A stretch of 64,000 bases of DNA from Flavobacteriaceae bacterium (GTDB lineage: Bacteria > Bacteroidota > Bacteroidia > Flavobacteriales > Flavobacteriaceae). Below, one piece after another: positions 46,001 to 56,483 of this stretch (the first letter of the stretch is position 1; each line of letters starts with the position of its first letter). Below the pieces are notes generated by a model. That model made no database searches. It was not told where the DNA came from and worked only from the letters and a program-made list of their open reading frames with translations. The DNA lies in NCBI GenBank assembly GCA_012959395.1, contig DUDG01000029.1, positions 10,536 through 74,535 on the forward strand. The letters are read 5' to 3'. Made by a program: the position numbers and the translations under genes.

Positions 46001-46945
46001 ATGATTGATTATAAAATTTTCAATGTTATTTTGTTTATTTTTTTATTGAATATTTTAGGGTGTTTTCAAGAAAAACAAACACATAGTATTGATATAGTTC
46101 GTTTTGAAAAAGAATTTTATAGTTCAAATGAGCAAACGCTTCCAGTATTAATTAATAAATATCCTTATCTTTTTCCTAAAGAATATCATTTATCAATTTG
46201 GAATCAGTTTTTAAAGGATTCTGTTAAATTAGAAATATATAAAGAGACATTAAAGGTGTTTCAAAATTTTGATTCTATTTCAAATGAAATTCAATTAATT
46301 TTTGAAAATTCTAAAGTTATTTTCCCGAAATTTAAATCACCAAAAGTTATCACTTTAAATTCTCAATCAGAATATTCAAATAGAATAATTTATTCCGATT
46401 CTTTACTATTTATTTCTTTGGATTCTTATTTAGGTGAAAATTATTATAAATCCTTACCTAAATATATCTCCCAAAACATGAATAAAGTATTTTTAATTAA
46501 TGATTTAGCTCTAAAAATATCTGAAAATCATGTCAAAAAAGATTTAGACAGAACTCTTTTGTCAGAAATGATTTATTATGGAAAAATTTTATTTATTAAT
46601 AAGTTATTATTATTAAAAAGTGAAGATTATTTATTGTTTCACACTTCTAAGGATAAAATTCATTGGGCAAATAATAATGAAAATAATATTTGGGCATTTT
46701 TTGTTGAAAATGAATATCTTTTTAATACAAGTGACGATTTGAAATTAAGATTTATTTCTATTGCTCCATATTCAAAATTTAATTTAGATATTGATAAGTA
46801 TTCACCTGGAAGCATTGGAAAATGGTTGGGTTATAAAATTGTAAATTCGTATATGATTAACACCAATGTTAGTATTGATGAATTAATTAAAATGGATAAT
46901 TATAAAATTTTTAAAAAATCAAATTATAAACCAAAAAAATTATGA
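46001..46945 (+). CDS. gldB: gliding motility lipoprotein GldB
   Basis: Lipobox LNILGC. About 315 aa. Immediately followed and overlapped by a GldC-sized gene, with nadE upstream, as in the flavobacterial gldB-gldC arrangement. ATG at 46001 preferred to TTG at 45977. Confidence 0.7.
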   Translation: MIDYKIFNVILFIFLLNILGCFQEKQTHSIDIVRFEKEFYSSNEQTLPVLINKYPYLFPKEYHLSIWNQFLKDSVKLEIYKETLKVFQNFDSISNEIQLIFENSKVIFPKFKSPKVITLNSQSEYSNRIIYSDSLLFISLDSYLGENYYKSLPKYISQNMNKVFLINDLALKISENHVKKDLDRTLLSEMIYYGKILFINKLLLLKSEDYLLFHTSKDKIHWANNNENNIWAFFVENEYLFNTSDDLKLRFISIAPYSKFNLDIDKYSPGSIGKWLGYKIVNSYMINTNVSIDELIKMDNYKIFKKSNYKPKKL

Positions 46946-47277
46946 AGAAAACTCAAATAACTTTTGATGTAAAATTAGATGAAAATAAAATTCCTGAAAA
47001 AATTTCTTGGTCAGCAACTGATAGTGGGGTTTATGAGAAAGATTCTAAAGCTATTTTATTATCAGTTTGGAATCATGAATCTCAAGAAACATTAAAAATT
47101 GACCTTTGGACAAAAGATATGCCCCTAGATCAAATGAATGTATTTTTTCATCAAACTTTAGTTAGCATGAGTGATACTTTTTTTAGAGCTACTCAGAATG
47201 AAAAAATGACTGATTCATTTAAACAATTTTGTGATTATTTCGCAAAAAATCTTAAAATTAAATTACCACCTAATTAA
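46942..47277 (+). CDS. gldC: gliding motility protein GldC
   Basis: 111-aa soluble protein (ITFDVKLDENKIPEKISWSA...) overlapping the gldB stop as ATGA. Confidence 0.7.
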   Translation: MKKTQITFDVKLDENKIPEKISWSATDSGVYEKDSKAILLSVWNHESQETLKIDLWTKDMPLDQMNVFFHQTLVSMSDTFFRATQNEKMTDSFKQFCDYFAKNLKIKLPPN

Positions 47278-47857
47278 AATTCTGAATTAATTGCAACAAC
47301 TCTTCTCTTCCTGTTTTGTGTTTTGAAGAACTAACTATGTATTCGGGGGATATTTTGATTTTTTCTGAAAGTTTTTTAATATAATTATTGGGTTTTTCCT
47401 CTTTTTCGCTTTTTTTTAGCTTGTCAGTTTTAGTAAAGATGATCTTGAAAGAGATATTGTTATTGCTTAGCCAATTGACAAATTCAATATCATTTTTTTG
47501 TGGATCTAATCGGATGTCTATTAAAACAAAAGTTAATGAGATTGTAGTTCTATTAATAAAATAATCGATTATTATATTTTCAATTCCTTTTTTTTCTTTT
47601 TTGGAGATTTTAGCATAACCATAACCCGGTAAGTCAACCAAAAACCAATTGCCATTAATAAAAAAATGATTAATTAAGAGCGTTTTTCCTGGCGTACCAG
47701 AAATTTTGGCTAATTTTTTATTTTGAGTCAGCATATTGATAAGAGATGATTTTCCAACATTTGATCTGCCTATAAATGCAAATTCAGGAAATTCATTTTC
47801 AGGGCAATCTTTTGCTTTGGAACTGCTTTTTATAAAACGTGATGATTTTATTTTCAT
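47270..47857 (-). CDS. engB: ribosome biogenesis GTP-binding protein YsxC/EngB
   Basis: FIGRSNVGKSSLIN P-loop, DLPGYGYA and TKTDK motifs. 195 aa. Confidence 0.9.
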   Translation of the reverse strand: MKIKSSRFIKSSSKAKDCPENEFPEFAFIGRSNVGKSSLINMLTQNKKLAKISGTPGKTLLINHFFINGNWFLVDLPGYGYAKISKKEKKGIENIIIDYFINRTTISLTFVLIDIRLDPQKNDIEFVNWLSNNNISFKIIFTKTDKLKKSEKEEKPNNYIKKLSEKIKISPEYIVSSSKHKTGREELLQLIQNFN

Positions 47858-47859
47858 TT

Positions 47860-48627
47860 TCAGAACCCCTTTTCAATAAGCCACTTTTCAACGATACTGT
47901 TGAATAGTGAAGGATGTTCCATCATTGGAGCATGACCACATTTTTCTATCCAAAAAAGATCAGAGTTAGGTAAAAGGCTATGAAATTGATCTGCAACTTC
48001 TGGAGGAGTAACTATATCATTTTTACCCCAAATTAAAGCAGTAGGGATTGTTATTTCAGGAAGATCGTTAGCCATATTATGTCTAATGGCACTTTTAGCC
48101 ATAGCGAGTATTTTTATCACTTTGCTTCGATTATTTACAGATTCAAAAATCTCATCGACAATTTCTTTTGTTGCTATTTTGGGAGAATAAAAAACATCTT
48201 GTGTTTTCTTTTTAATAAATTCATAATTTCCTCTTTTAGGGTAAGTATCACCCATTGCATTTTCATACAATCCTGAGCTTCCAGTCAATATTAGACCTTT
48301 TGTGCTATTAGGGAATAGTTTTGAATGTAGCAAACTAACATGGCCACCTAGAGAATTGCCAATTAGAATAGCTTGATCTATATTTAAATATTTAATAAAA
48401 TTATTTATGAATTTTGCAAAATATTTTACGTTAGTATCTAAAAGAGAAGCGGTGTAAATAGGTAATTCAGGCATAAATACTTGATAACCCAATTTTGAAA
48501 AGTGTGAAATAAAGCCTTCAAAATTTCCAAGCCCTCCCATAAGACCATGCAATACAATGATAGGCTTACCTTCTCCTTTTTGTAAATATCTGAAATCTCC
48601 AGCTTCTTTTTGTTGCTTAAAATCCAT
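47860..48627 (-). CDS. alpha/beta fold hydrolase
   Basis: HGLMGG oxyanion region, GNSLGG nucleophile elbow and a C-terminal GH (CGHAPMMEHP). Confidence 0.8.
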   Translation of the reverse strand: MDFKQQKEAGDFRYLQKGEGKPIIVLHGLMGGLGNFEGFISHFSKLGYQVFMPELPIYTASLLDTNVKYFAKFINNFIKYLNIDQAILIGNSLGGHVSLLHSKLFPNSTKGLILTGSSGLYENAMGDTYPKRGNYEFIKKKTQDVFYSPKIATKEIVDEIFESVNNRSKVIKILAMAKSAIRHNMANDLPEITIPTALIWGKNDIVTPPEVADQFHSLLPNSDLFWIEKCGHAPMMEHPSLFNSIVEKWLIEKGF

Positions 48628-48779
48628 GTAAATTAAAATCTAATGGACAAATATAGGTAAATAGGAATTATAATTTTTTAATAAATTTTTATACTCTTAT
48701 CACTTTTTAACATATTTAATATTCAGATAATCAGCTTTTTATGTATAAATATTTATTAAAAATTAAAATTATTAACAAA

Positions 48780-48809
48780 GTGGTAAAAAGTGGTAAAAAG
48801 TGGTAAAAT
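48780..48809 (+). promoter_or_regulatory. three tandem 10-bp direct repeats GTGGTAAAA(A/T): candidate MraZ operator
   Basis: GTGGTAAAAA GTGGTAAAAA GTGGTAAAAT read directly. Located 36 nt upstream of the mraZ start and 5 nt upstream of a TATATTTG box. Confidence 0.65.
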
Positions 48810-48814
48810 TTCAA

Positions 48815-48822
48815 TATATTTG
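48815..48822 (+). promoter_or_regulatory. candidate -7 promoter element TATATTTG (TAnnTTTG) of the dcw operon
   Basis: Exact match to the Bacteroidetes sigma-A -7 consensus, 23 nt upstream of the mraZ GTG. Confidence 0.45.
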
Positions 48823-48844
48823 AGTTTAAACCTAAAAAGATCCA

Positions 48845-49309
48845 GTGATTAATTTAGTTGGAACATATGATTGTAAAGCTGATGTCAAAGGGCGTCTTAT
48901 GCTGCCTATTGCTTTAAAAAAACAATTAGGAGATAACTTAAATGAAAGCTTTATTCTTAAAAGATCTGTTTTTCAACCTTGTCTAGAACTTCATCCTATT
49001 ATTGAATGGAAGCTTACAATGGATAAAGTTAATAAGCTTAATAGATTTGTTAAAAAAAATAATGATTTTATAAGACGTTATACAGCAGGAGTTAGAATAG
49101 TTGCTCTTGATAATAGCGGAAGAATATTGATTCCTAAAGATTTGCTAAAATCTTATTTTTCTAAAAATGAACTTGTACTTACATCCGCAATTAACATTAT
49201 TGAAATATGGGATAAAAAATTATATGAGGATGTAATTAATGATCCGCAAATTGATTTTGAAGATTTATCTGAAAGTGTAATGGGAAATGCGATTAATGAT
49301 GTATCATAA
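48845..49309 (+). CDS. mraZ: transcriptional regulator MraZ (GTG start)
   Basis: Two DxxxR SpoVT/AbrB-like repeats (DVKGRLMLP and DNSGRILIP). First gene of the dcw cluster. Confidence 0.92.
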   Translation: MINLVGTYDCKADVKGRLMLPIALKKQLGDNLNESFILKRSVFQPCLELHPIIEWKLTMDKVNKLNRFVKKNNDFIRRYTAGVRIVALDNSGRILIPKDLLKSYFSKNELVLTSAINIIEIWDKKLYEDVINDPQIDFEDLSESVMGNAINDVS

Positions 49310-50192
49310 CCCAGTAATGCTTGAGGAGTCTTTAGATAGTTTGTGTATAAATAAAGGTGGAATTTATGTTGATTTAACATATGGCGGTGGTGGCCATTCT
49401 AATGGAATTTTAAATATTTTGGGTAAAAAAGGTAAATTATTGGCTTTTGATCAAGATCTTGATGCTATTAATAATAAAATCAATGATGATAGGCTTCTAT
49501 TGATTAATCAAAATTTCAAGCATTTAAAGCAAAATTTGAATTACTATGGTTTCAATGAAGTAGATGGGGTATTAGCTGATCTTGGTGTTTCTTCATTTCA
49601 ATTTGATCAACCTGAAAGAGGATTTTCAATAAGATCTGATAGTGATTTAGACATGAGAATGAACAAAAATTCCGAATTAACAGCATCGCATATTTTAAAT
49701 AATTATACAGAATCCTCTTTAGCTCAAATACTTTATGATTATGCAGATTTAAGAAATTCAAGAGCTATCGCTAAACATATAGTAAATTTTAGAATTAAAA
49801 ATTGTATCAAATCAACTCTACAACTTAATAAAATATTGAGTCCATTCCTAGCCAAAGGTTTTGAAAATAAAACTTTAGCTAAAATATACCAAGCGTTAAG
49901 AATTGAAGTTAATAGTGAAATTGATGCTTTAAAGGAGTTGCTATGTCAATTACCAGAAGTGGTTAAAAAAGGAGGCAAAATATCTATAATAACCTACCAT
50001 TCTATTGAAGATAGATTGGTAAAAAGGTTTATCAAAAATGGTTGTTTTGATTCGGAACCAATAAAAGATGATTTTGGAAAATGGAACTTGCCATTTAAAA
50101 AATCATTTAAGTTTAAAGTTCCATCAAGTAAAGAAATTAAACTAAATAATAGAGCTAGAAGTGCTAAGCTAAGATCAGCAACAAGGTTATGA
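49287..50192 (+). CDS. rsmH: 16S rRNA (cytosine1402-N4)-methyltransferase
   Basis: YHNPVMLEESL, DLTYGGGGHS and ADLGVSSFQFD motifs. The true start may be the ATG at 49296 or 49299. Confidence 0.92.
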   Translation: MRLMMYHNPVMLEESLDSLCINKGGIYVDLTYGGGGHSNGILNILGKKGKLLAFDQDLDAINNKINDDRLLLINQNFKHLKQNLNYYGFNEVDGVLADLGVSSFQFDQPERGFSIRSDSDLDMRMNKNSELTASHILNNYTESSLAQILYDYADLRNSRAIAKHIVNFRIKNCIKSTLQLNKILSPFLAKGFENKTLAKIYQALRIEVNSEIDALKELLCQLPEVVKKGGKISIITYHSIEDRLVKRFIKNGCFDSEPIKDDFGKWNLPFKKSFKFKVPSSKEIKLNNRARSAKLRSATRL

Positions 50193-50497
50193 GCAACAAT
50201 TTAAAAAAAATATTATTAGGCACATTTTTGGTTGAAGAAGGATCTTATAAAAATTGGAGATTTATAACATTTCTTTTTTTATTGTGTCTTGTTATGATCT
50301 TTTCTTCTCATTCTGTTGATGAAAAAATAATATTAATTAGTGATTTGAAAAATGAAGTTTCTGTATTGCATAGCGAATTTATAGATAGCAGAAAAAAAGT
50401 AATGAAATTAAAAATGGAAACGAATGTAGCTGATATTATGAGTGACAGAAAAATAAAAAGTTCAACTAATCCTCCAAAAAAAATAATTATAAACTAA
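50189..50497 (+). CDS. ftsL: FtsL-like cell division membrane protein
   Basis: 102 aa with a single TM (FITFLFLLCLVMIFSS) followed by a short coiled segment. Sits between rsmH and ftsI. Confidence 0.65.
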   Translation: MSNNLKKILLGTFLVEEGSYKNWRFITFLFLLCLVMIFSSHSVDEKIILISDLKNEVSVLHSEFIDSRKKVMKLKMETNVADIMSDRKIKSSTNPPKKIIIN

Positions 50498-52479
50498 TGT
50501 TAACTAATCAAAAACAATTTTTATACCGGCTGTATTTTGTTGCTAGTGTACTAGTTGTTTTAGGATTAGGAATTGGATATAGAATTTTTCATATACAATT
50601 TATAGAAGGAGAAAAATATCGAAAAATAGCTAAAGAGAAAACTGTTCAAAGTTTTACTATTTCACCAAAAAGAGGGAGTATTTATTCGGATGATGGTAGT
50701 TTATTAGCTTCTTCATCGATAACTTATGATATATATTTTGATGCTGTAACCGTGTCAAATAAAGATTTTAATGAATACATAAATTCACTATCGGAAGCTT
50801 TGTCAGAAACACTTGATAAGTCTCATGATTTTTATCTTAACTCTTTAAATAAAGCTAAGAAATTAAATAGAAGATATCACTTAATCGCTAGAAATATTTC
50901 CATAAATGAATTAAATGAAATTAAAAAAATGCCATTATTTAAAAAGGGTGGAGTTAAAGGTGGTTTAATAGTTGAAAAAAAGAATTCTAGAGAGTATCCA
51001 TTAAATAAAATTGCCGAAAGAACTATTGGGTATGAAAGGAAAAATAATAACAATGAATATGGTGGTGTTGGTCTTGAACATGCATTCGGGACAATATTAA
51101 GAGGGAAAAATGGTTCGCAGTTAATGCAAAAAATTTCAAATGGAAAATGGAAACCTATTTCTTCTGAAAACAGAATTGAACCTATAGCAGGATCAGATAT
51201 AATCACAACTATAAATGTAGGTTTTCAAGATATAGTTCATCATTCTCTTTTAAATCAATTGGAGAAATTTGAGGCCGAACATGGCACTGTTGTGGTCATG
51301 GAAACTGAAACAGGCGCTATAAAAGCTATTTCAAACTTAGGAAGAACGTCTGAAGGAAAATATTATGAAAAATTAAACTATGCTGTTGGTGAACATTATG
51401 AGCCAGGATCTACTTTTAAATTAATGGCAATGATAGCCGCTCTTGAAGATAACATTGTTGATCCTTTAACAATTGTTGATACTAAAAATGGAATACTTTC
51501 ATTTTATGGAAATAAAGTGAGAGATTCTAAAAAAGGTGGGTATGGAAAAATTTCAGTAAATGATATTTTTAAAGTCTCTTCTAATACTGGAATGGTTAAA
51601 ATAATTAATGATGGTTACTCTAGTAATCCAGAAAAATTTTCTAATAGATTGTTTAATATGGGCTTAAATAATATGCTTAACCTTTCAATTTTAGGAGAAG
51701 CATCTCCTAAGATACCACATCCTAAAGATAAGAACTGGAATGGTTTGTCATTACCATGGATGGCATATGGTTATGGAGTTTTATTGACCCCTCTACAAAT
51801 TTTAACGTTTTATAATGCTGTTGCAAATAATGGTGAGATGGTTAAGCCTATTTTTTTAAGCAAAATAAATTCATATTCTAATAAAACTATGAATATGAAA
51901 AAAGTTGTTTTAAACCCCTCTATTTGTTCTGAACAAACATTAAATAAAGTAAAGATCATGCTGGAAAATGTAGTAAATGAAAAAGGAGGAACAGCTTATA
52001 ATATTAATTCTAAAGAATATAAAATAGCAGGAAAAACTGGAACAGGTCAGGTGGATTATAATACAGATAATGTGCAGTATATTTCAAGTTTTGTAGGATA
52101 TTTTCCATCAGAAAAACCTAAATACACTTGTATTGTAGTCATTCATAAGCCAGATAAGAAAAAAGGATATTATGGGAATATTGTAGCTGCACCTGTATTT
52201 AAAAAAATAGCTGATAAGTTATATTCTTTAACTCCAAAAATTCAAACATTAAATCAATTGGAAAATCACAATCTAAATGAAGTTTTAATGAAGGAATTAG
52301 TGATTAGTAATGAGTCTAGAAAAAACTTAGATATAAATGGAAAGAATTTTACTGAAGTTTTACCTGTTTTGGAAAATTCAGGATTTATTGTTGAGTTTAA
52401 AGGAAGAGGATTGATAGTTAATAAACATACCATAATTGAAAATGCTACTACTAAAAAAATTGTTTTGGAATTGACATGA
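50497..52479 (+). CDS. ftsI: penicillin-binding protein (class B transpeptidase, FtsI/PBP3-like)
   Basis: N-terminal TM, SxxK (GSTFK), SxN (SSN) and KTGT motifs. 660 aa. Confidence 0.9.
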   Translation: MLTNQKQFLYRLYFVASVLVVLGLGIGYRIFHIQFIEGEKYRKIAKEKTVQSFTISPKRGSIYSDDGSLLASSSITYDIYFDAVTVSNKDFNEYINSLSEALSETLDKSHDFYLNSLNKAKKLNRRYHLIARNISINELNEIKKMPLFKKGGVKGGLIVEKKNSREYPLNKIAERTIGYERKNNNNEYGGVGLEHAFGTILRGKNGSQLMQKISNGKWKPISSENRIEPIAGSDIITTINVGFQDIVHHSLLNQLEKFEAEHGTVVVMETETGAIKAISNLGRTSEGKYYEKLNYAVGEHYEPGSTFKLMAMIAALEDNIVDPLTIVDTKNGILSFYGNKVRDSKKGGYGKISVNDIFKVSSNTGMVKIINDGYSSNPEKFSNRLFNMGLNNMLNLSILGEASPKIPHPKDKNWNGLSLPWMAYGYGVLLTPLQILTFYNAVANNGEMVKPIFLSKINSYSNKTMNMKKVVLNPSICSEQTLNKVKIMLENVVNEKGGTAYNINSKEYKIAGKTGTGQVDYNTDNVQYISSFVGYFPSEKPKYTCIVVIHKPDKKKGYYGNIVAAPVFKKIADKLYSLTPKIQTLNQLENHNLNEVLMKELVISNESRKNLDINGKNFTEVLPVLENSGFIVEFKGRGLIVNKHTIIENATTKKIVLELT

Positions 52480-53939
52480 AGTTATTAAAAGACATATTAT
52501 ATAAAGTAAATATTGTTTCCGTTATTGGATCTACAGATTTGAATTTTAATAAGATTGAATTTAACTCTAGAAGCATTTCCAAAAATGATTTGTTTATAGC
52601 TATTAAAGGGAATGATTTAGATGGAAATTTTTATATTTCTCAAGCAATTGATAATGGAGCTAAAATTATTTTATGTGAATCATCGCCAAAAATTATCGTG
52701 AAAGGCATTAGTTATGTAATAATAAAAGATAGTAGACAAAGTTTAGCGATTATATCTTCAAATTTTTATAATAATCCATCCTCTAAATTAAAGTTGATAG
52801 GCATTACAGGCACAAATGGAAAGACTACAACATCTACATTGATGCACCAGCTTTTTATGCTTTTAAACAATAAAGTAGGTTTGATTTCAACAAATAAGAT
52901 TTTAATAAATAAAAAAGTTTTACAATCAACCCATACCACACCAGATCCCTTGAATTTGAACAGGATATTGAGCATGATGGTTGAAGAAGGTGTTGAATAT
53001 TGTTTTATGGAAGTCTCTTCTCATGCCATCGATCAACATAGAATTTATGGATTAAATTTTGATATTGGATTGTTTACTAACCTTTCACATGATCATTTAG
53101 ATTATCATAAATCATTTAAAGAATATAGGGATGTTAAAAAAGCATTTATCAATTCATTATCTAAGAATTCTTTTGCAATAATTAATGCAGATGATAAAAA
53201 TGGTGCATATATGACTCAAAATACAAAAGCAAAAGTTTATAAATATGCATTAAAATCTAGTTCCGATTTTTCATTAAAAATTTTAGAAAAAGACTTCAAT
53301 GGAATGAAACTCTTAATAAATGGAAATGAAGTTTGGTCAAAATTAATAGGAGAATTCAATGCATATAATATTTTGGCTACTTATAGTTTAGCCAAAATAT
53401 TTGAGTATTCAGACGAATTAATTTTAAACAAGATAAGTTCTTTGATTTCTGCAGATGGCAGGTTTGAAAGAATTTTGCAAAACAATAATAAGAATATTGG
53501 TATTATTGATTATGCACATAGTCCAGATTCTGTTCAAAAAATTTTAGAAACACTAAATGAGTTAAAAAATAAAGAAGAATCATTAATAACAGTGATAGGT
53601 TGTGGAGGGGATAGAGATAAAGCCAAAAGACCATTAATGGGGAAAATCGCAGCCTCATTAAGCAATAAAGTCATTTTTACATCTGATAATCCAAGGTTTG
53701 AAGATCCAAAATTAATTATTGACCAAATGGAATCGGGGGTTGAACAAAAGGATGTTTATAAAATTTCAAGAATTATTGATAGAAAGGAAGCAATAGAATT
53801 TGCATGTCAAATTGCAAAAGATGATGATGTCATTTTAGTTGCAGGAAAAGGTCATGAAAAATATCAAATTAAAGGAAGTGTCAAATTTGAATTTGACGAT
53901 AAAAAAATTTTAACAAAATCATTAAAAACTAATAATTGA
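52476..53939 (+). CDS. murE: UDP-N-acetylmuramoyl-L-alanyl-D-glutamate--2,6-diaminopimelate ligase
   Basis: [12 protein letters not shown]-loop and a DNPR motif ([11 protein letters not shown]), consistent with a meso-DAP-adding enzyme. Confidence 0.9.
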   Translation: MKLLKDILYKVNIVSVIGSTDLNFNKIEFNSRSISKNDLFIAIKGNDLDGNFYISQAIDNGAKIILCESSPKIIVKGISYVIIKDSRQSLAIISSNFYNNPSSKLKLIGITGTNGKTTTSTLMHQLFMLLNNKVGLISTNKILINKKVLQSTHTTPDPLNLNRILSMMVEEGVEYCFMEVSSHAIDQHRIYGLNFDIGLFTNLSHDHLDYHKSFKEYRDVKKAFINSLSKNSFAIINADDKNGAYMTQNTKAKVYKYALKSSSDFSLKILEKDFNGMKLLINGNEVWSKLIGEFNAYNILATYSLAKIFEYSDELILNKISSLISADGRFERILQNNNKNIGIIDYAHSPDSVQKILETLNELKNKEESLITVIGCGGDRDKAKRPLMGKIAASLSNKVIFTSDNPRFEDPKLIIDQMESGVEQKDVYKISRIIDRKEAIEFACQIAKDDDVILVAGKGHEKYQIKGSVKFEFDDKKILTKSLKTNN

Positions 53940-53940
53940 T

Positions 53941-55140
53941 ATGTTTTATTTTTTATTTGAATATTTAGAATTACAGTATCAGTTACCTGGAGCAAGTTTG
54001 TTTAAATACTTGTCATTTAGGTCTTCCTTAGCATTTATATTTTCTTTAATGCTATCTATTAAATATGGAAAAAATATTATTAATTTTTTAAGAAAAAAAC
54101 AAATTGGAGAGACAATAAGAGATCTAGGATTAGCTGGTCAAAAAGAAAAAAGCGGAACTCCAACAATGGGAGGGTTGATAATTATTGTTTCAACTATTAT
54201 TCCTGTATTATTATTTTCAAAGTTTGATAATATTTATATATTATTATTATTATTTACAACATTGTGGCTTGGCCTTATAGGTTTCATTGACGATTATATC
54301 AAAATATTTAAAAAGAATAAGAAAGGACTAAAGGCAAAATTTAAATTAATTGGACAAATTTTTTTAGGTTTCGTGATTGGACTTACTTTATATTTTCATC
54401 CAGATGTAACTATTAAAGATCAAGTACTTTCAGAAAATTTAAAACAAAATTTTGAATATAAATCAACTAAAACTACAGTTCCTTTTTTTAAAAATAATGA
54501 ATTGGATTATTCATATTTTGTTTCATGGATTTCAGAAGAATCTGAAAAATTAAGTTTAATTGCATTTATATTTTTTGTGATTTTAATTATTACTGCAGTT
54601 TCGAATGGTGCTAATTTAACAGATGGAATTGATGGATTAGCTGCTGGCTCATCAGTTGTAATAACCCTTACTTTAGGAGTGTTCGCATGGATTTCAGGAA
54701 ACATAATTTTTTCAGATTATCTAAATATTATGTATATCCCAAGAGTTAGTGAAATAGTGATTTTTATTTCTGCTTTTATTGGAGGGCTAATTGGGTTTTT
54801 ATGGTATAATGCATTTCCAGCTCAAATTTTTATGGGAGATACTGGTAGTTTAACTATAGGTGGAATTATTGCAGTAATTGCAATTATTGTAAGAAAAGAA
54901 TTACTACTCCCTTTAATCTGCGGAATATTTTTATTAGAAACAATATCTGTTATTATTCAAGTCAGTTTCTTTAAATACACTAAAAATAAATATGGTAAGG
55001 GTAAAAGAATTTTCTTAATGTCTCCAATTCATCATCATTTTCAAAAAAAAGGATATCATGAAAGTAAGATAGTTGTTAGATTTTGGATAATAGGAATCCT
55101 ATTAGCAATACTATCATTAATAACACTAAAGATTAGATAA
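53941..55140 (+). CDS. mraY: phospho-N-acetylmuramoyl-pentapeptide transferase
   Basis: [23 protein letters not shown] and PIHHHF motifs. Confidence 0.95.
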   Translation: MFYFLFEYLELQYQLPGASLFKYLSFRSSLAFIFSLMLSIKYGKNIINFLRKKQIGETIRDLGLAGQKEKSGTPTMGGLIIIVSTIIPVLLFSKFDNIYILLLLFTTLWLGLIGFIDDYIKIFKKNKKGLKAKFKLIGQIFLGFVIGLTLYFHPDVTIKDQVLSENLKQNFEYKSTKTTVPFFKNNELDYSYFVSWISEESEKLSLIAFIFFVILIITAVSNGANLTDGIDGLAAGSSVVITLTLGVFAWISGNIIFSDYLNIMYIPRVSEIVIFISAFIGGLIGFLWYNAFPAQIFMGDTGSLTIGGIIAVIAIIVRKELLLPLICGIFLLETISVIIQVSFFKYTKNKYGKGKRIFLMSPIHHHFQKKGYHESKIVVRFWIIGILLAILSLITLKIR

Positions 55141-55142
55141 GG

Positions 55143-56483
55143 ATGAAACAAAATTTAGTTGTATTAGGGGGAGGCGAAAGTGGAATAGGAGCTGCATATT
55201 TAGCGAGTAAAAAAGGAATAAAAGTTTTTTTATCTGATAAAAATTTAATTGATAATAAGTATAAAAAAATATTAATTGATAATAAAATACAATTTGAAGA
55301 AGGACATCATAGCTTAAAAAAAATATTGAAAGCCACTGAAATAATTAAAAGTCCTGGAATTTCGGATAGCTCTAATTTATTTAATGAAATAAGAACTAAC
55401 AATATTCCAATTATTTCAGAAGTGGAATTTGCATCAAGATTTACAAATGCAAAGATTATTGGGATTACTGGTTCAAATGGAAAAACTACGACAACTAGTT
55501 TAATATACCATATTCTCAAATCTTCTGGAAAAAATGTTGGTGTTGCAGGAAATATAGGAAATAGTTTTGCTTTTTTAGTAGCTAATATTGATTTTGAATA
55601 CATTGTTTTAGAGCTCAGTAGTTTTCAGTTAGACGGAGTAAAAAATTTTAAACCTCTAATTGCTGTTATAACTAATCTAAGCCCTGATCATTTAGAAAGA
55701 TATCATAACAATTTTGAAAATTACATTAATTCAAAATTTAACATAGTAATAAATCAATCTAACTCAGATTATTTAATTTATAATTCAGATGACAGCAAAA
55801 TCAATGATGAACTAAACGTCAGAAAAATTAATTCTATTAAAATTCCATTTTCATCTTCTAAGCAAAAATTTAGTAATCAAGTTTATATTGAAAAAAACAT
55901 AATTAAATCAGAAATAAATAAAAATAAATTTATGATACCATTAAAGAGTTTATCCCTTAAAGGAAAGCACAATATACAAAACAGTATGGCTGCAGCAACT
56001 GTAGCTCAATTGCTTAAAATAACTAATGAAGACTTAAGAGAATCATTAGGTAATTTTCAATCTATTAATCATAGATTAGAACATGTTTTAACAATCCAAA
56101 AGGTTAAATACATTAACGATTCAAAGGCAACTAATATTAATGCTGTTTTTTACGCATTAGATTCAATGAGAAGCTCTACAATTTGGATCGCAGGAGGATT
56201 GGATAAAGGAAATAATTATAATGAATTGCTTCCTCTTGTAAGAGAGAAGGTTAAAGCTATTATTTGTTTGGGGATAGATAATAGAAAGTTGGTTGAAACT
56301 TTTTCTTCTGTTACAGAAACAATTATTGAAACAACAAGTATGGTAGAAGCAGTAAATATGGCTTATCATATTGCTAATCCAAAAGATTCAGTTTTACTGT
56401 CCCCAGCTTGTTCTAGTTTAGATTTATTTAAAAACTATGAAGATAGAGGAAATCAATTTAAAGAAGCGGTTAGAAAACTATAA
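55143..56483 (+). CDS. murD: UDP-N-acetylmuramoylalanine--D-glutamate ligase
   Basis: GGGESGIGAA Rossmann motif and GITGSNGKTTT P-loop. Position in the dcw cluster. Confidence 0.9.
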   Translation: MKQNLVVLGGGESGIGAAYLASKKGIKVFLSDKNLIDNKYKKILIDNKIQFEEGHHSLKKILKATEIIKSPGISDSSNLFNEIRTNNIPIISEVEFASRFTNAKIIGITGSNGKTTTTSLIYHILKSSGKNVGVAGNIGNSFAFLVANIDFEYIVLELSSFQLDGVKNFKPLIAVITNLSPDHLERYHNNFENYINSKFNIVINQSNSDYLIYNSDDSKINDELNVRKINSIKIPFSSSKQKFSNQVYIEKNIIKSEINKNKFMIPLKSLSLKGKHNIQNSMAAATVAQLLKITNEDLRESLGNFQSINHRLEHVLTIQKVKYINDSKATNINAVFYALDSMRSSTIWIAGGLDKGNNYNELLPLVREKVKAIICLGIDNRKLVETFSSVTETIIETTSMVEAVNMAYHIANPKDSVLLSPACSSLDLFKNYEDRGNQFKEAVRKL

